Source of the DNA: an uncultured Candidatus Rokubacteria bacterium
Lineage (GTDB): Bacteria > Methylomirabilota > Methylomirabilia > Rokubacteriales > CSP1-6
Assembly: GCA_963771355.1 (NCBI GenBank)
Contig: CAVYTA010000001.1
Location: 64,001-128,000, forward strand
DNA: 64,000 bases
Direction: 5' to 3'
The notes under the pieces are model-generated. The model saw only the letters and a list, made by a program, of their open reading frames with translations, was not told where the DNA came from and did not search any database. The position numbers were made by a program, and so were the translations under genes. Below, one piece after another: positions 9,434-20,358 of the stretch (within the stretch, counting starts at the first letter, position 1; each line of letters opens with the position of its first letter).

Positions 9434-11017
9434 ATGGACGGCAAGGAGGCGGGGCGGCCCGGAGAGGGCCTCTACACGCCGGCGGACCTGGCGGGCCTCG
9501 GCTTCGATCCCGTGCGGGATCTCGGCCAGCCGGGCGAGTATCCGTTCACCCGCGGGATCTATCCCACGATGTACCGGGGCCGCCTCTGGACGATGCGGCA
9601 GTATGCGGGCTTCAGCACCGCGGAGGAGACGAATCGTCGGTTTCGCTACATGCTCGAGCGCGGCATGTCCGGCATCAACATCGCCTTCGACCTGCCCACC
9701 CAGCACGGGCTCGACTCCGACCACGTGCGTGCCCGCGGAGAGGTCGGCAAGGTGGGGGTGCCGATCAGCTCGCTCCGGGACATGGAGGTGCTCTTCGACG
9801 GCATCCCGCTCGAGCAGGCCAGCCCGGCGAACGCCATCAATGCCCCGGCGGCGGTGATCCTCGCCATGTACGTGGCCCTGGCGGAGAAGCAGGGTCTGCC
9901 CCTCGATCGCCTCGCCGGGAGCACGCAGAACGACATCCTCAAGGAGTTCATCGCGCGCGGCACCTACATTTTCCCCCCGGTCCCGTCGCTGCGGTTGGTC
10001 ACCGACATCATCGAGTTCTGCGCCGACCGGCTTCCGCGCTGGAACTTCATCAATGTCTGCGGGTACCACATGCGGGAGGCCGGCTCGACCCTGGTCCAGG
10101 AGGTGGGCTTCGGGCTGGCGGACGCCATCACCTATGTGCAGGCGGCCATCGAGCGCGGCGTACCGGTGGACCGGTTCGCGCCACGCTTCGCCTTCAACTT
10201 CACCGCGGGGACGGACCTCTTGCGCGAGGCGGCGAAGTTCCGGGCCATGCGGCGGCTGTGGGCCCGCCTGATGCGCGAGCGCTTCGGTGCCACGAAGCCG
10301 GCGAGCTGGGCGTTCCGGACCGGCGCCGGCTCGGGCGCGAGCCAGCTGACGGCGCAGCAGCCGACCAACAACATCATCCGCGTCACTCTCAACGCCCTGG
10401 CCTCCATCCTCGGGGGCGCCCAGTCGCTGCACACCGCCGCCTACGACGAGGCGCTGGCTCTGCCCACGGAAGCCTCCGTGCAGCTCGCGCTCCGGACCCA
10501 GCAAGTGCTGGCGCACGAGTCGGGGCTGGCCGAGGTGGTCGATCCGCTGGCGGGGTCTTACTACGTGGAGACGCTCACCGCCGAGATCGAGTCGGGCGCG
10601 CGCGCCCTCATCGCCGAGATCGAGGGACGGGGCGGGATGGTGAAGGTGATCGAGTCCGGCTGGGCGCAGCAGCAGATCGCCGACGCTTCCTGGGAGCACC
10701 AGCGCGAGATCGAGACGGGCGAGCGGGTCGTGGTCGGCGTCAACCGGTACGTGGAGGACGAGCCGGCGCGGGTAGCCATCCACCAGCACGTGGAGGCGGT
10801 GGCCGCGGACCGCCGGACGGCGCTGGTCTCCCTGCGGGCCGAGCGCGACGCGCCGGCGGTGGCGCGGGCGCTCGAGACGCTGCGCGCCGCCGCGCACGGC
10901 GGGGTCAATCTGGTCCCCGTGCTCGTGGAGGCGGTCAAGGCGTACGCGACCGTGGGCGAGATCTGCGACGTCCTCCGCGAGGCGTTCGGCGAGTACCGGG
11001 CCGTCCAGGCCTACTAG
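9434..11017 (+). CDS. Acyl-CoA mutase (methylmalonyl-CoA mutase family) substrate-binding subunit, no B12-binding domain
   Basis: PGEYPFTRG, WTMRQYAGF, QNDILKEF, GYHMREAG, YDEALALP, DPLAGSY. Confidence 0.92.
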   Translation: MDGKEAGRPGEGLYTPADLAGLGFDPVRDLGQPGEYPFTRGIYPTMYRGRLWTMRQYAGFSTAEETNRRFRYMLERGMSGINIAFDLPTQHGLDSDHVRARGEVGKVGVPISSLRDMEVLFDGIPLEQASPANAINAPAAVILAMYVALAEKQGLPLDRLAGSTQNDILKEFIARGTYIFPPVPSLRLVTDIIEFCADRLPRWNFINVCGYHMREAGSTLVQEVGFGLADAITYVQAAIERGVPVDRFAPRFAFNFTAGTDLLREAAKFRAMRRLWARLMRERFGATKPASWAFRTGAGSGASQLTAQQPTNNIIRVTLNALASILGGAQSLHTAAYDEALALPTEASVQLALRTQQVLAHESGLAEVVDPLAGSYYVETLTAEIESGARALIAEIEGRGGMVKVIESGWAQQQIADASWEHQREIETGERVVVGVNRYVEDEPARVAIHQHVEAVAADRRTALVSLRAERDAPAVARALETLRAAAHGGVNLVPVLVEAVKAYATVGEICDVLREAFGEYRAVQAY

Positions 11018-11158
11018 CCCGCGTCTGTCTCGGACCAGGGGTTGTCGTCGGGCCCGTCTCCCGCTAAACTCAGGCGTGAACGCGTATTTCTTTAGTCGTA
11101 CAGATAGGTATCGGAATATTCGAGAGCCCCTCCCAGAGCCCCGAGGACCCGTCCGGCC

Positions 11159-13387
11159 ATGAGAATCACTTACCGGCTTGTCACTGCCATCTGTCTCGCC
11201 GTGCTCGTGGTCGTCGGGGGCTTCGCCTTCCTCCAGATCCGCGAGGAACGGACCCGCCTCGTGCGGGACCTCGAGCGACGGGCGGCCCTCCTGGCCGAGG
11301 GGCTGAAGGAGGCGGTGGGTCCGGTCATGGGCACCGGCTCCACGGCCCCCATCGAGCGGATCCTCAAGCGGTTCGGGCGCCCGAATCAGGTGGTGGTGGT
11401 CTACGACCGCTTCGCGAGCCCGATCGCGGTCATCCCGGACTCGGCGCGGGCTCAGATCCCCTCCATGCCGGAGATCACCGAGGCCCTCTCCACCGACTCG
11501 GCCCGACAGGGCTTCCGGCAGATCGACGAGCGCCGTGTCTACGTGTATGCGACGCCGCTGTCCCGGAACGATCGGCCGGTCGGGGCGCTGGCGGTGTTCC
11601 TGGACGCCTCGCATCTCGCCGCCGCGGAGCGGTCGCTATGGCAGCACAACGCCATCCGCTTCCTCGTCCTCGCCCTGGTGCTGTCCGGGATCACGGTCCT
11701 CCTCGTGCAGATCTCGGTCGCGCGGCCGATGGCCCGGATGGCGGAATGGACCAAATCGCTCAAGAGCGGCCGTCCCGGGCCCCCGCCGGACGCCGCCGAC
11801 GCGAGCCTGTTCGGCCCCCTGGCGTTCGAGGTGACTGGCCTCGCCCGGCGTCTCTATCGGGCGGAGCAGGCCGCCGAGCAGGAAGCCGCCCTCCGCCTCC
11901 GCGGGGAGTCGGTGTGGACGGAGGAGCGCCTGAAGCAGTTCGTGAACCTCCAGGTGGGTGGGCCGTTCTTCGTGGTCTCGAACCGGGAGCCCGTGTCCCA
12001 CGTGTTGAAGGACGGCAAGATCGTCACCCAGACTCCGGCGAGCGGGCTGGTGACGGCCATGGAGCCCGTGCTCCGAGCGTGCGGCGGGGTCTGGGTGGCC
12101 CACGGCAACGGGGACGCCGACCGCGAGATGTCCGACGAACGCGGCCGCCTCGGTGTCCCCGTGGACGATCCGCGCTACACCCTGCGGCGCGTGTGGCTCA
12201 CGTCGGCGGAGGAGTTTGGCTACTACTACAGCTTCTCGAACGAGGGCCTCTGGCCGCTGTGCCACATCGTCCACACCCGCCCGCAGTTCCGCCCCGAGGA
12301 CTGGGAGCAGTACAAGGCGGTGAACCGGAAGTTCGCCCTGGCCCTCATCGACGAGATGGACGGCGTGGAGGCTCCGCTGGTCCTGATCCAGGACTACCAC
12401 TTCGCCTTGCTGCCTCTCTACGTGAAGGAGGCCCGACCGGATGCCCGGGTGGCGATCTTCTGGCACATCCCGTGGCCCAACTTCGAGGCCTTCGGCATCT
12501 GCCCGTGGCAGACCGAGATCCTGCAGGGCATGCTCGGCGCCGACCTGATCGGCTTCCACACCCAGTATCACTGCAACAACTTCCTGGAGACGGTGGAGCG
12601 CGCCATCGAGGCCCGGGTGGACTGGGAGCACTTCTCGGTGACCCGCGGCCAGCGGGTCACCCGGGTGAAGCCGTTTCCGATCAGCGTCGCGCCCGAGCCC
12701 CTCGACGCGGTGACCAGCACCCGGGCCGAGGTCCTGGCCGGTCTCGGGCTGTCGTCGATCGAGTTCATGGGAGTGGGCGTGGAGCGCGTGGACTACACCA
12801 AGGGACTGGTCGAGCGCTATCGCGCCCTCGAGCGCTTTTTCGTGCTCTACCCGGAGTACAAGGAGCGGGTGACCTTCGTCCAGGTGGCCTCGCCCAGCCG
12901 GAGCCTCATCAAGCGCTACCAGGACTTCCAGCGCGAGGTCGAGCAGACGGTCTCGGAGGTCAATAGCCGGCTCGCGACCAAGGGCTGGCGCCCTATCATC
13001 TATCTGGACCGGCACCACGATCACCGGGAGATCGTTCCCCTCTACCGGCACGCCGACTTCTGCATGGTGACCTCGCTCCACGACGGCATGAATCTCGTCG
13101 CCAAGGAATTCGTGGCCGCCCGCGAGGACGAGCACGGCGTCCTCGTGCTGAGCCGGTTCACCGGAGCGGCCCGCGAGCTCACCGATGCGATCGTGGTCAA
13201 CCCCTACGACCTCGACGAGCTCGCCGAGGCTATCCGGACCGCGGTGACCATGCCGGCCGAGGAGCAGCGGACCCGGATGCTTCGCATGCGACAGTCGGTC
13301 CGCGAGCACAACATCTACCGGTGGGCCGGGCTCCTGCTCCGAGACCTGTCGCGGATTCCCGAGGAGGCGCTCGGGAAGCTTCCTTGA
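11159..13387 (+). CDS. otsA: Trehalose-6-phosphate synthase (GT20) fused to an N-terminal TM-extracytoplasmic-TM-HAMP-like module
   Basis: GT20 motifs VVSNR, LWPLCH, QDYH, HIPWP, RVDYTKG and DGMNLVAKE. The first ~250 aa have two TM helices around a sensor-like domain. Confidence 0.88.
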   Translation: MRITYRLVTAICLAVLVVVGGFAFLQIREERTRLVRDLERRAALLAEGLKEAVGPVMGTGSTAPIERILKRFGRPNQVVVVYDRFASPIAVIPDSARAQIPSMPEITEALSTDSARQGFRQIDERRVYVYATPLSRNDRPVGALAVFLDASHLAAAERSLWQHNAIRFLVLALVLSGITVLLVQISVARPMARMAEWTKSLKSGRPGPPPDAADASLFGPLAFEVTGLARRLYRAEQAAEQEAALRLRGESVWTEERLKQFVNLQVGGPFFVVSNREPVSHVLKDGKIVTQTPASGLVTAMEPVLRACGGVWVAHGNGDADREMSDERGRLGVPVDDPRYTLRRVWLTSAEEFGYYYSFSNEGLWPLCHIVHTRPQFRPEDWEQYKAVNRKFALALIDEMDGVEAPLVLIQDYHFALLPLYVKEARPDARVAIFWHIPWPNFEAFGICPWQTEILQGMLGADLIGFHTQYHCNNFLETVERAIEARVDWEHFSVTRGQRVTRVKPFPISVAPEPLDAVTSTRAEVLAGLGLSSIEFMGVGVERVDYTKGLVERYRALERFFVLYPEYKERVTFVQVASPSRSLIKRYQDFQREVEQTVSEVNSRLATKGWRPIIYLDRHHDHREIVPLYRHADFCMVTSLHDGMNLVAKEFVAAREDEHGVLVLSRFTGAARELTDAIVVNPYDLDELAEAIRTAVTMPAEEQRTRMLRMRQSVREHNIYRWAGLLLRDLSRIPEEALGKLP

Positions 13388-13400
13388 GCGCGCCGCGCCC

Positions 13401-14252
13401 TCACGCCGCCGCGATCGTCTCGATGAGACGCACGTCTTCGGGGGAGAGCTCGAAGTCATAGGCTCCGAGATCCTCCCGCATGTGGGCGGGGTCCGTGGTG
13501 CCGGTCAGCGGCTGCATGCCGACCTGGAGCGCGAAGCGGAAGACCACCTGCGCCGGCGTCCGCCCCACGCGTCTGACAATCTCGGCGAACGCGGGCGTGC
13601 GCAGATGTCCGATGTTCGCGGTCAGCAGCGAGAAGCCCTGGTAGACGATGCCGCGCTCGCGGCAGAAGGCGCGGATCTCGCCGTCCCAGCCGTTCTGGGC
13701 AAAGCAGCGGTTCTGGACGAAGGCCGGCGGCGTCGCCGCGCGCGCGCAGAGGAGCTCGAGCTGGTCGAGGCCCACATTGCTCACGCCGATGAAGCGCGTC
13801 TTGCCCGCCGCGTGCAGCTCCTCCATGGCGGTCCAGACCGCGAGGTCGGAGGCGGCGAGCCCGACCCGGCGTGAGGGCCCGTGCAGCACGTAGGAGTCGA
13901 GGCGCTCCACGTGCAGGTGCTCCAGCGAGCTGGCGAAGGACTGGCGCACCTGGGTCGCCTCGTCCGCGTCGGGGTCATAGGGCAGGCGGTGGTCCTGACC
14001 TCCCACCGAGGTGAACTTGGTCTGGAGGAAGAGCTCGTCGCGCTTCACGAGGCCCTCGGCAATGGCGGCCCGGACGGCGGCGCCCACGCCCGCCTCGTGA
14101 TAGTGCCGGCGCTGATTGGCGGTGTCGATGCCGCGGAATCCCGCCTCGATCGCCAGGCGCGTCAGCCGCTCCGTCTCCAGCTCCTTCCAGGCGGTGCCGT
14201 AGAGGAAGCTGGGTACCGGCGTGCCCGCGACCGTGAGCTGGCGAGTCGTCAC
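13401..14252 (-). CDS. Aldo/keto reductase
   Basis: YGTAWK, GFRGIDTA, RDELFLQTKF, IGVSN. Confidence 0.9.
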   Translation of the reverse strand: MTTRQLTVAGTPVPSFLYGTAWKELETERLTRLAIEAGFRGIDTANQRRHYHEAGVGAAVRAAIAEGLVKRDELFLQTKFTSVGGQDHRLPYDPDADEATQVRQSFASSLEHLHVERLDSYVLHGPSRRVGLAASDLAVWTAMEELHAAGKTRFIGVSNVGLDQLELLCARAATPPAFVQNRCFAQNGWDGEIRAFCRERGIVYQGFSLLTANIGHLRTPAFAEIVRRVGRTPAQVVFRFALQVGMQPLTGTTDPAHMREDLGAYDFELSPEDVRLIETIAAA

Positions 14253-14320
14253 CGACGGATCATAGGGGACGCGTCGCGGGCTGTGCAAGCGCCGCCCGGA
14301 GTGTGGTCAAATCGGAGCCC

Positions 14321-15847
14321 ATGCATCTCGGCGCCCTCCTTTCCCGCCACGCGCGGTATCGGCCGCAGCACCTCGCCCTCGTCTTCGAGCGCCACCGGCT
14401 CACCTTCGAGGCCCTGAACCGCCGGGTGAACCGGCTGGCCAATGCGCTGCTGGCGGCCGGTCTCTTCAAGGGGGACAAGGTCGCCACGGTGCTGCCGAAT
14501 TGCCTGGAGCAGATCGAGGTCTACTGCGCCGTCGCCAAGTGCGGCCTCGTCGCGGTGCCGTTGAGCCCGCTGCTCCAGGAGGCCGGGCTCGTGACCCTGC
14601 TCGGCAACTCGGACGCGAAGCTGGTCATCTCCACGGCGGTGTTCACGGCCACGCTCGATCGCGCGCGGGCCCAGGTGCCGGGCGTCCGGGCCGACCGCTG
14701 GCTGCTCATCGAAGGCGCCCGGCCGGGCTATCGTGGCCTCGACGAGCTGGTCGGCGCCGCGTCGGAGGCGGAGCCCCCGGACGCCGGCCTCACCGGCGCC
14801 GATCCGTACAACATCATCTATTCCAGCGGCACCACCGGCGAGCCCAAGGGCATCGTGCACACGCACGAGATTCGCGCCGGCTACTGCACGCTGTTCGCCT
14901 CGGTGTTCCGGATGTCGCCGGAGAGCGTCTTCCTCCACGCGGGGTCCATGGTCTTCAACGGCGCCTTCCTGGATCTCATGCCCTGGATGTTCCTCGGCGG
15001 GACCTATCTCCTGCATCCGGCCTTCGACGCCGGCCGCATGCTCGCCGAGATCGAGCGCTCCCGGGTCACCCACCTGGTCCTGGTGCCGTCGCAGATCATC
15101 GCGCTCCTGAATCATCCGCAGTTCGATCCGGCGCGGCTTGGCTCCATCGAGATGATCCAGTCGGTCGGCGCGCCGTTGCACCTCGAGTACAAGCATCGGC
15201 TCAACGCCGCCCTCCCCGGCCGCTTCTACGAGCTCTACGGGCTCACCGAGGGGTTCATGACGGTCCTGGACCGGACGGACGCGGTGCGCAAGGCGGGTTC
15301 CGTGGGCGTGCCCATCGGCTTCTACGAGATGCGCATCATGGACGAGGCCGGGCGCGAGGTGCCCACCGGCGAGATCGGTGAGATCTGCGGCCGCGGCCCG
15401 CTCATGATGGAGGGGTACTACAAGCGCCCCGATCTGACCGCCAAGGCCATCGTGGACGGGTGGCTCCACTCGGGCGATCTCGGCTATGTGGACGAGGAAG
15501 GCTATCTCTATCTCGTGGACCGGAAGAAGGACATGATCATCTCGGGCGGGGTGAACGTCTATCCCCGCGACATCGAGGAAGTGGCCATCCAGCACGAGGC
15601 GGTGGTCGAGGTGGCGGTGTTCGGCGTCGCGGATCCGCGCTGGGGGGAGACGCCGGTGGCGGCGGTGGTGCTGCACGCCGGCCGCCCCATCGAATCCGCC
15701 GAGCTGGCGGAGTGGATCAACGCGCGCGTGAGCGCCAAGTTCCAGCGGGTGTCCGACGTGATGATCGTCGCGGAGTTCCCGCGCAATGTCGCGGGCAAGA
15801 CACTCAAGCGCGTGCTGCAGGAACAGTACCGGAGAGCGTGCCCTTGA
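14321..15847 (+). CDS. AMP-dependent acyl-CoA synthetase
   Basis: YSSGTTGEPKG, YGLTE, SGDLG, DRKKDMIISGG, PRNVAGK. Confidence 0.95.
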   Translation: MHLGALLSRHARYRPQHLALVFERHRLTFEALNRRVNRLANALLAAGLFKGDKVATVLPNCLEQIEVYCAVAKCGLVAVPLSPLLQEAGLVTLLGNSDAKLVISTAVFTATLDRARAQVPGVRADRWLLIEGARPGYRGLDELVGAASEAEPPDAGLTGADPYNIIYSSGTTGEPKGIVHTHEIRAGYCTLFASVFRMSPESVFLHAGSMVFNGAFLDLMPWMFLGGTYLLHPAFDAGRMLAEIERSRVTHLVLVPSQIIALLNHPQFDPARLGSIEMIQSVGAPLHLEYKHRLNAALPGRFYELYGLTEGFMTVLDRTDAVRKAGSVGVPIGFYEMRIMDEAGREVPTGEIGEICGRGPLMMEGYYKRPDLTAKAIVDGWLHSGDLGYVDEEGYLYLVDRKKDMIISGGVNVYPRDIEEVAIQHEAVVEVAVFGVADPRWGETPVAAVVLHAGRPIESAELAEWINARVSAKFQRVSDVMIVAEFPRNVAGKTLKRVLQEQYRRACP

Positions 15848-15902
15848 CATGCGGCGGAGGGGGCGCTATTGCTACCGCTACTCAACGCCAAGGAGGCAAT
15901 CC

Positions 15903-16097
15903 ATGTACTCGTACGTGAAGCAGGTCGGAATCCCTACCGTGCTGGCGCAGGAAGCACCCGCCTTCGCCGCTTCCTTCGTGATCGCGGAGGTGTTCTACAA
16001 GTTCCACAGCTTCACGCTGGAATGCGCCGCCTTCCTGGTCACCTGGTACGGACTCAGCTGGGTGCAGTCCTTGATCGTCGGATCGCGTGCCAAGTAG
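15903..16097 (+). CDS. Small (64 aa) membrane protein
   Basis: Strong RBS aggagg. MYSYVKQ...IAEVFYKFHSFTLEC with two hydrophobic segments. Confidence 0.75.
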   Translation: MYSYVKQVGIPTVLAQEAPAFAASFVIAEVFYKFHSFTLECAAFLVTWYGLSWVQSLIVGSRAK

Positions 16098-16115
16098 CGC
16101 CCGGCCCACGCCCCC

Positions 16116-19100
16116 GTGACCCTCGATCCTCGCGCGCTCAACTCGCTCCGCTGGCGCTCTGTCGGCCCGCACCGCGGCGGCCGCGTGGTGGCGGTGGCCG
16201 GCCATCCCACCGAGCCCTCGACCTTCTACTTCGGGGCCTGCGCCGGCGGGGTGTGGAAGACCACCGACGGCGGCACCTACTGGGAGAACGTCTCCGACGG
16301 CTTCTTCGAGACGGCCGCGGTGGGGGCCATCGCGGTGGCGCCGTCGGCGCCCAGTGTGGTCTACGCGGGCACCGGGGAGGCATGCATCCGCGGCAACGTC
16401 TCCCACGGCGACGGCGTCTACCGCTCCGACGACGGCGGCCGCACGTGGAGAAACGTGGGATTGAAGGACAGCCGGCACATCGGCCGCGTGCGCGTGCACC
16501 CGCGCGATCCCGACACCGTGTACGTGGCAGCGCTGGGGCGTGCCTGGGGGCCGAACCGCGAGCGCGGCGTGTTCCGCTCGCGCGACGGGGGCGCCACCTG
16601 GCAGCACGTCCTCGCCAAGAGCGAGCGGGCGGGGGCGGTGGATCTCTCGCTGGATCCGGCGAATCCGCGCAGCCTCTTCGCGGCGGTGTGGCAGGCCCAG
16701 CGGTTTCCTTCGCGCATGTCGAGCGGCGGCCCCGAGTCCGGCCTCTGGCAGTCCACCGACGGCGGCGACACGTGGACCGATATCAGCCGGAACCCGGGGC
16801 TGCCGCGCGGCGTGCTCGGGCGCATCGGCGTGGCTGTCTCGCCCGCCGACGGCCGGCGCGTCTACGCGGTGGTGGAAGCCGAGGACGGCGCGCTGTTCCG
16901 ATCGGACGACGCCGGGGCCACCTGGCAGCGCGGCAGCGAGGAGGCGGGACTGCGCGGCCGGCCCTGGTACTACATGCACGTGGTGGCCGATCCCACCGAC
17001 GTGGACACCGTCTGGATCATGGACTACTCGCTGTGGAAGTCCATCGACGGCGGCAAGACCTTCGTCGAGTGGGCGACGCCGCACGGCGACAACCACGACC
17101 TCTGGATCGATCCCACCGACGCGCGCCGGATGATCGAGGGCAATGACGGCGGCGCCTGCGTCTCCTTCAACGGCGGACTGTCCTGGTCGACCATCTACAA
17201 TCAGCCCACCGCGCAGTTCTACCACGTGTGCGCGGACGATCAGCAGCCGTACCGGATCTACGGCTCCCAGCAGGACAACTGGGCGATCAGCCTGCCCAGC
17301 CAGTCCCATCGCGGCGCCATCACCCCCATCGACTGGGTGCAGCCGGGCGGCGGGGAGAGCGGCTACATCGCGGTGAAGCCCGGGGATCCCAGCATCGTGG
17401 TGGGGGGCGCGGTGGGCAGCGGGCCCGGCATGGGCCGGCTCATCCACTACGACCATCGCACCGGGCAGGAGCGCATCATCAGCGTGTGGCCCGAGGGCTA
17501 TGGCATGGGCACGCCGCCCTCCGAGCACCGCTACCGGTTCCAGTGGACGTTCCCGGTGTTCTACTCGCGCTGGGAGCCGCGCGAGCTGTGGATCGCGGGC
17601 AACCGCATCTTCCGCTCCGTGGACGACGGACAGCACTGGGAGATCGCCAGTGACGATCTCACCCGCAACGACGTGACGAAGATGGGGCCGTCGGGCGGGC
17701 CCATCACCAACGACAATACCGGCGCCGAGGTCTACGGCACCATCTTCGCGCTGGTGGAGTCGCCGCACGAGCGCGACGTGCTGTGGGCGGGCACCGACGA
17801 CGGGCTGGTCCACCTCTCCCGCGATCGCGGGCGGAGCTGGCAGCCGGTGACGCCGCCGGAGCTGCCCGAGTGGGCGCTGATCAGCGTGCTGGAGCCCTCG
17901 CCGCACGACGCGGCTACCTGCTACCTGGCGGCCACGCGCTACAAGCACGACGACACGCGCCCCTATCTCTTCCGGACCACGAACTACGGGGGCACCTGGA
18001 CCCGGATCAGCGACGGCCTGCCGGCGGGCGAGTTCACGCGGGTGATCCGCGAGGATCCGGCCCGGCGTGGGCTCTTGTACTGCGGCACCGAGACCGGGGT
18101 GTGGGTGTCGCTCGACGACGGCGGGTCCTGGACGCGGCTGCGCGGCAATCTGCCGGTGGCGCCCATCCACGACCTCGTCGTCAAGAACGGCGACCTCGTC
18201 GCGGCCACCCACGGACGCTCCTTCTGGATCCTCGACGACCTCTCCCCCCTGCATCAGATGGCGGATGCGATCACCACCGCCGACGCCCAGCTCCTGGTGC
18301 CACGCCGGACGGTCCGGTGGCGGGCGTACAAGGGACACGGGATGAAGCCGGGACCCAACCGCGAGGTCGCTTACAACATGGCCGGGTCCCTCGGGTATGC
18401 CTATCGGCAGGTGGAATCACCATCGGGCGAGAAGGAAGCACGGCTCCTCGACGCGGGCGAGAATCCGCCCGGCGGCGTGATCGTGCATTACTGGCTGCGC
18501 GAGGCGCCGGCCGGTGAGGTGGTGATCACCTTCCTCGACGGCGACGGGCGCGAGATCCGCTCGTTCACGAGCCGGAAGGACAAGGTGACGCCGGAGAGCC
18601 CGGGGGCGGCGGCCGGCGGCGGGGAAGAGCCGCAGCCCGCGCTGGACCCGCCGGCGCCGGAAAAGGGCGACGAGCCGCATCCGACCCGGAGCGCGGGCGC
18701 CAATCGCTTCGTCTGGAACCTGCGGGGACCCGACGCGACCAAGCTCCCCGATAACAAGGGCCGGGGCGGCACCATGGACATGCTGGCGGGACCACGCGTC
18801 CCGCCGGGGACCTATCAGGTGCGGCTGTCCGTCAGCGGCCGCACGATCATGCAGCGCTTCGAGCTCGTGAAGGATCCGCGGGTGCCCGCCTCGGACGCGG
18901 ATCTCCGCGAGCAGTACACGTTGGCGAAGAAGGCCCATGACCTCCTCTCGCGCGTGCACGACGAGGTGCTGCGGATTCGCGACGTCCGCGCCCAGGCGGA
19001 AGGTTGGGCGGGGCGCGTGGACAACCCCGCCATCAAGGGGGCCGCCGCGACGCTCGCGCGCACGCTGACCACCATCGAGGAGGCGCTGATCCAGGTGCGC

Positions 19101-19349
19101 TCCGAGGACCCGCGCATGCATCCCGCCAAGCTCAATACCCGGATCGGCACCATGGTCACGCTCATCGAGTACTCCGACGCCGCCCCTACCCAGGCCCTCC
19201 GCGAGCTGACCGACGATCTTGCCCGCCGGGCCGAGGCGGAGCTGGCCCGGCTGGACCGGACTCTCGCGGACGACGTCGCCCGGTTCAACGCGCTCTGCCG
19301 GGACCATGGCGTCGCCGCCATCGTCCCGAAGCCGCGCGAGGGGGGCTGA
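16116..19349 (+). CDS. VPS10/BNR-repeat glycosyl-hydrolase-like beta-propeller protein
   Basis: Repeated Asp-box S/TxDGGxTW, N-terminal WRSVGPHRGGRV, ATHGRSFWILDD. No signal peptide visible. Confidence 0.88.
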   Translation: MTLDPRALNSLRWRSVGPHRGGRVVAVAGHPTEPSTFYFGACAGGVWKTTDGGTYWENVSDGFFETAAVGAIAVAPSAPSVVYAGTGEACIRGNVSHGDGVYRSDDGGRTWRNVGLKDSRHIGRVRVHPRDPDTVYVAALGRAWGPNRERGVFRSRDGGATWQHVLAKSERAGAVDLSLDPANPRSLFAAVWQAQRFPSRMSSGGPESGLWQSTDGGDTWTDISRNPGLPRGVLGRIGVAVSPADGRRVYAVVEAEDGALFRSDDAGATWQRGSEEAGLRGRPWYYMHVVADPTDVDTVWIMDYSLWKSIDGGKTFVEWATPHGDNHDLWIDPTDARRMIEGNDGGACVSFNGGLSWSTIYNQPTAQFYHVCADDQQPYRIYGSQQDNWAISLPSQSHRGAITPIDWVQPGGGESGYIAVKPGDPSIVVGGAVGSGPGMGRLIHYDHRTGQERIISVWPEGYGMGTPPSEHRYRFQWTFPVFYSRWEPRELWIAGNRIFRSVDDGQHWEIASDDLTRNDVTKMGPSGGPITNDNTGAEVYGTIFALVESPHERDVLWAGTDDGLVHLSRDRGRSWQPVTPPELPEWALISVLEPSPHDAATCYLAATRYKHDDTRPYLFRTTNYGGTWTRISDGLPAGEFTRVIREDPARRGLLYCGTETGVWVSLDDGGSWTRLRGNLPVAPIHDLVVKNGDLVAATHGRSFWILDDLSPLHQMADAITTADAQLLVPRRTVRWRAYKGHGMKPGPNREVAYNMAGSLGYAYRQVESPSGEKEARLLDAGENPPGGVIVHYWLREAPAGEVVITFLDGDGREIRSFTSRKDKVTPESPGAAAGGGEEPQPALDPPAPEKGDEPHPTRSAGANRFVWNLRGPDATKLPDNKGRGGTMDMLAGPRVPPGTYQVRLSVSGRTIMQRFELVKDPRVPASDADLREQYTLAKKAHDLLSRVHDEVLRIRDVRAQAEGWAGRVDNPAIKGAAATLARTLTTIEEALIQVRSEDPRMHPAKLNTRIGTMVTLIEYSDAAPTQALRELTDDLARRAEAELARLDRTLADDVARFNALCRDHGVAAIVPKPREGG

Positions 19350-19354
19350 AGCCG

Positions 19355-20353
19355 ATGGCGAAGCGCAACGCTCCCGTCGCCGGCCCGGAGGACGAGATCC
19401 GCATCGAGAACCGCGCTACCTACTGGCCGGTGGCGCCGGTGGACCTCCTGGTGGCGGCGCCGCTGGTGGCCAAGCTGCTCTTCCGTGCGTCGCCAATCGG
19501 GCGGATCGTGCAGGCGGTGACCCTCGGCGCCTACCTGGGGAGCGTCGCTCGTGACTGGCGCGACCGGCGCAAGGTTCTCCGTATCGCCTTCCTCCGGGAG
19601 TTCGGCGCCGACCTGCGCCACCTCGTGCCCATGCCGCGAGAGGTTCGTGAGCGCGAAGTGGCGGTGCTGGCGGCCCGCCTCAACGAGGAGCTGGTCCTCG
19701 AGCGCATCCCGAGGCGCGAGGCGGCGGTCGCCATCGAGCGGCATCTGACGGACTACATCGCCGGCATCACCGGGCAGCGTGTGCGGACCAGCGCGGAAGT
19801 CCGCGGCTTCGCCCTGGTGGGCCTCGCGCTGCCGTTCGCGCTGGGCGCCTGCGATGTCCTGTCCGGCGACGTGGCCATCTTCCGGGACACCGGCCTCTTC
19901 GAGCCGCACATCATCGCGCACGAGTTCAGCCACCGGAGGGGCTACTGGAACGAGCTGGACGCGCAGGTGCTCGCCTATCAAGCGCTGGTCGCGTCCGGCG
20001 AGCCCGCCTTCGCCCAGTCCGCGCTCTTCGAGCGGTTCTATCGCAACCTGCGCGTGCTCGCGGGCGGGGACGAGGCGGAATTCCAGCGCCTCGTGGCCGG
20101 GACCGTGCTCCGGCCCGAGCTCCGCGACGCGATCGGCTCGTTACGGCCGCCGTCCGGCCGGATCGCGGGACGGGTCGATGCCGGGATGCGGCGGGTCTAC
20201 GACGCGCGCATGCGGGTGATGGGCCAGAACGGCATCTCCGACTACGACGCGGGCTTCACGAACTTCCTCTACACGTTCGAGACGAGCGCCACCGCCCGGC
20301 AAGTGCCGCCGCCGGCGGGCGCGCTCCATCGCCGCCCGCCCGCGGCGCCCTGA
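19355..20353 (+). CDS. DUF3810-like putative zinc metalloprotein
   Basis: HIIAHEFSHRRGYWNELDAQ (HExxH plus a downstream E). Confidence 0.6.
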   Translation: MAKRNAPVAGPEDEIRIENRATYWPVAPVDLLVAAPLVAKLLFRASPIGRIVQAVTLGAYLGSVARDWRDRRKVLRIAFLREFGADLRHLVPMPREVREREVAVLAARLNEELVLERIPRREAAVAIERHLTDYIAGITGQRVRTSAEVRGFALVGLALPFALGACDVLSGDVAIFRDTGLFEPHIIAHEFSHRRGYWNELDAQVLAYQALVASGEPAFAQSALFERFYRNLRVLAGGDEAEFQRLVAGTVLRPELRDAIGSLRPPSGRIAGRVDAGMRRVYDARMRVMGQNGISDYDAGFTNFLYTFETSATARQVPPPAGALHRRPPAAP

Positions 20354-20358
20354 CCGGC

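Noticed and set aside
9371..18338. Long antisense ORFs (e.g. 9371-11614, 11636-13459, 15882-18338)
   Set aside because: Shadow ORFs expected opposite real genes in high-GC DNA. They have no motifs.
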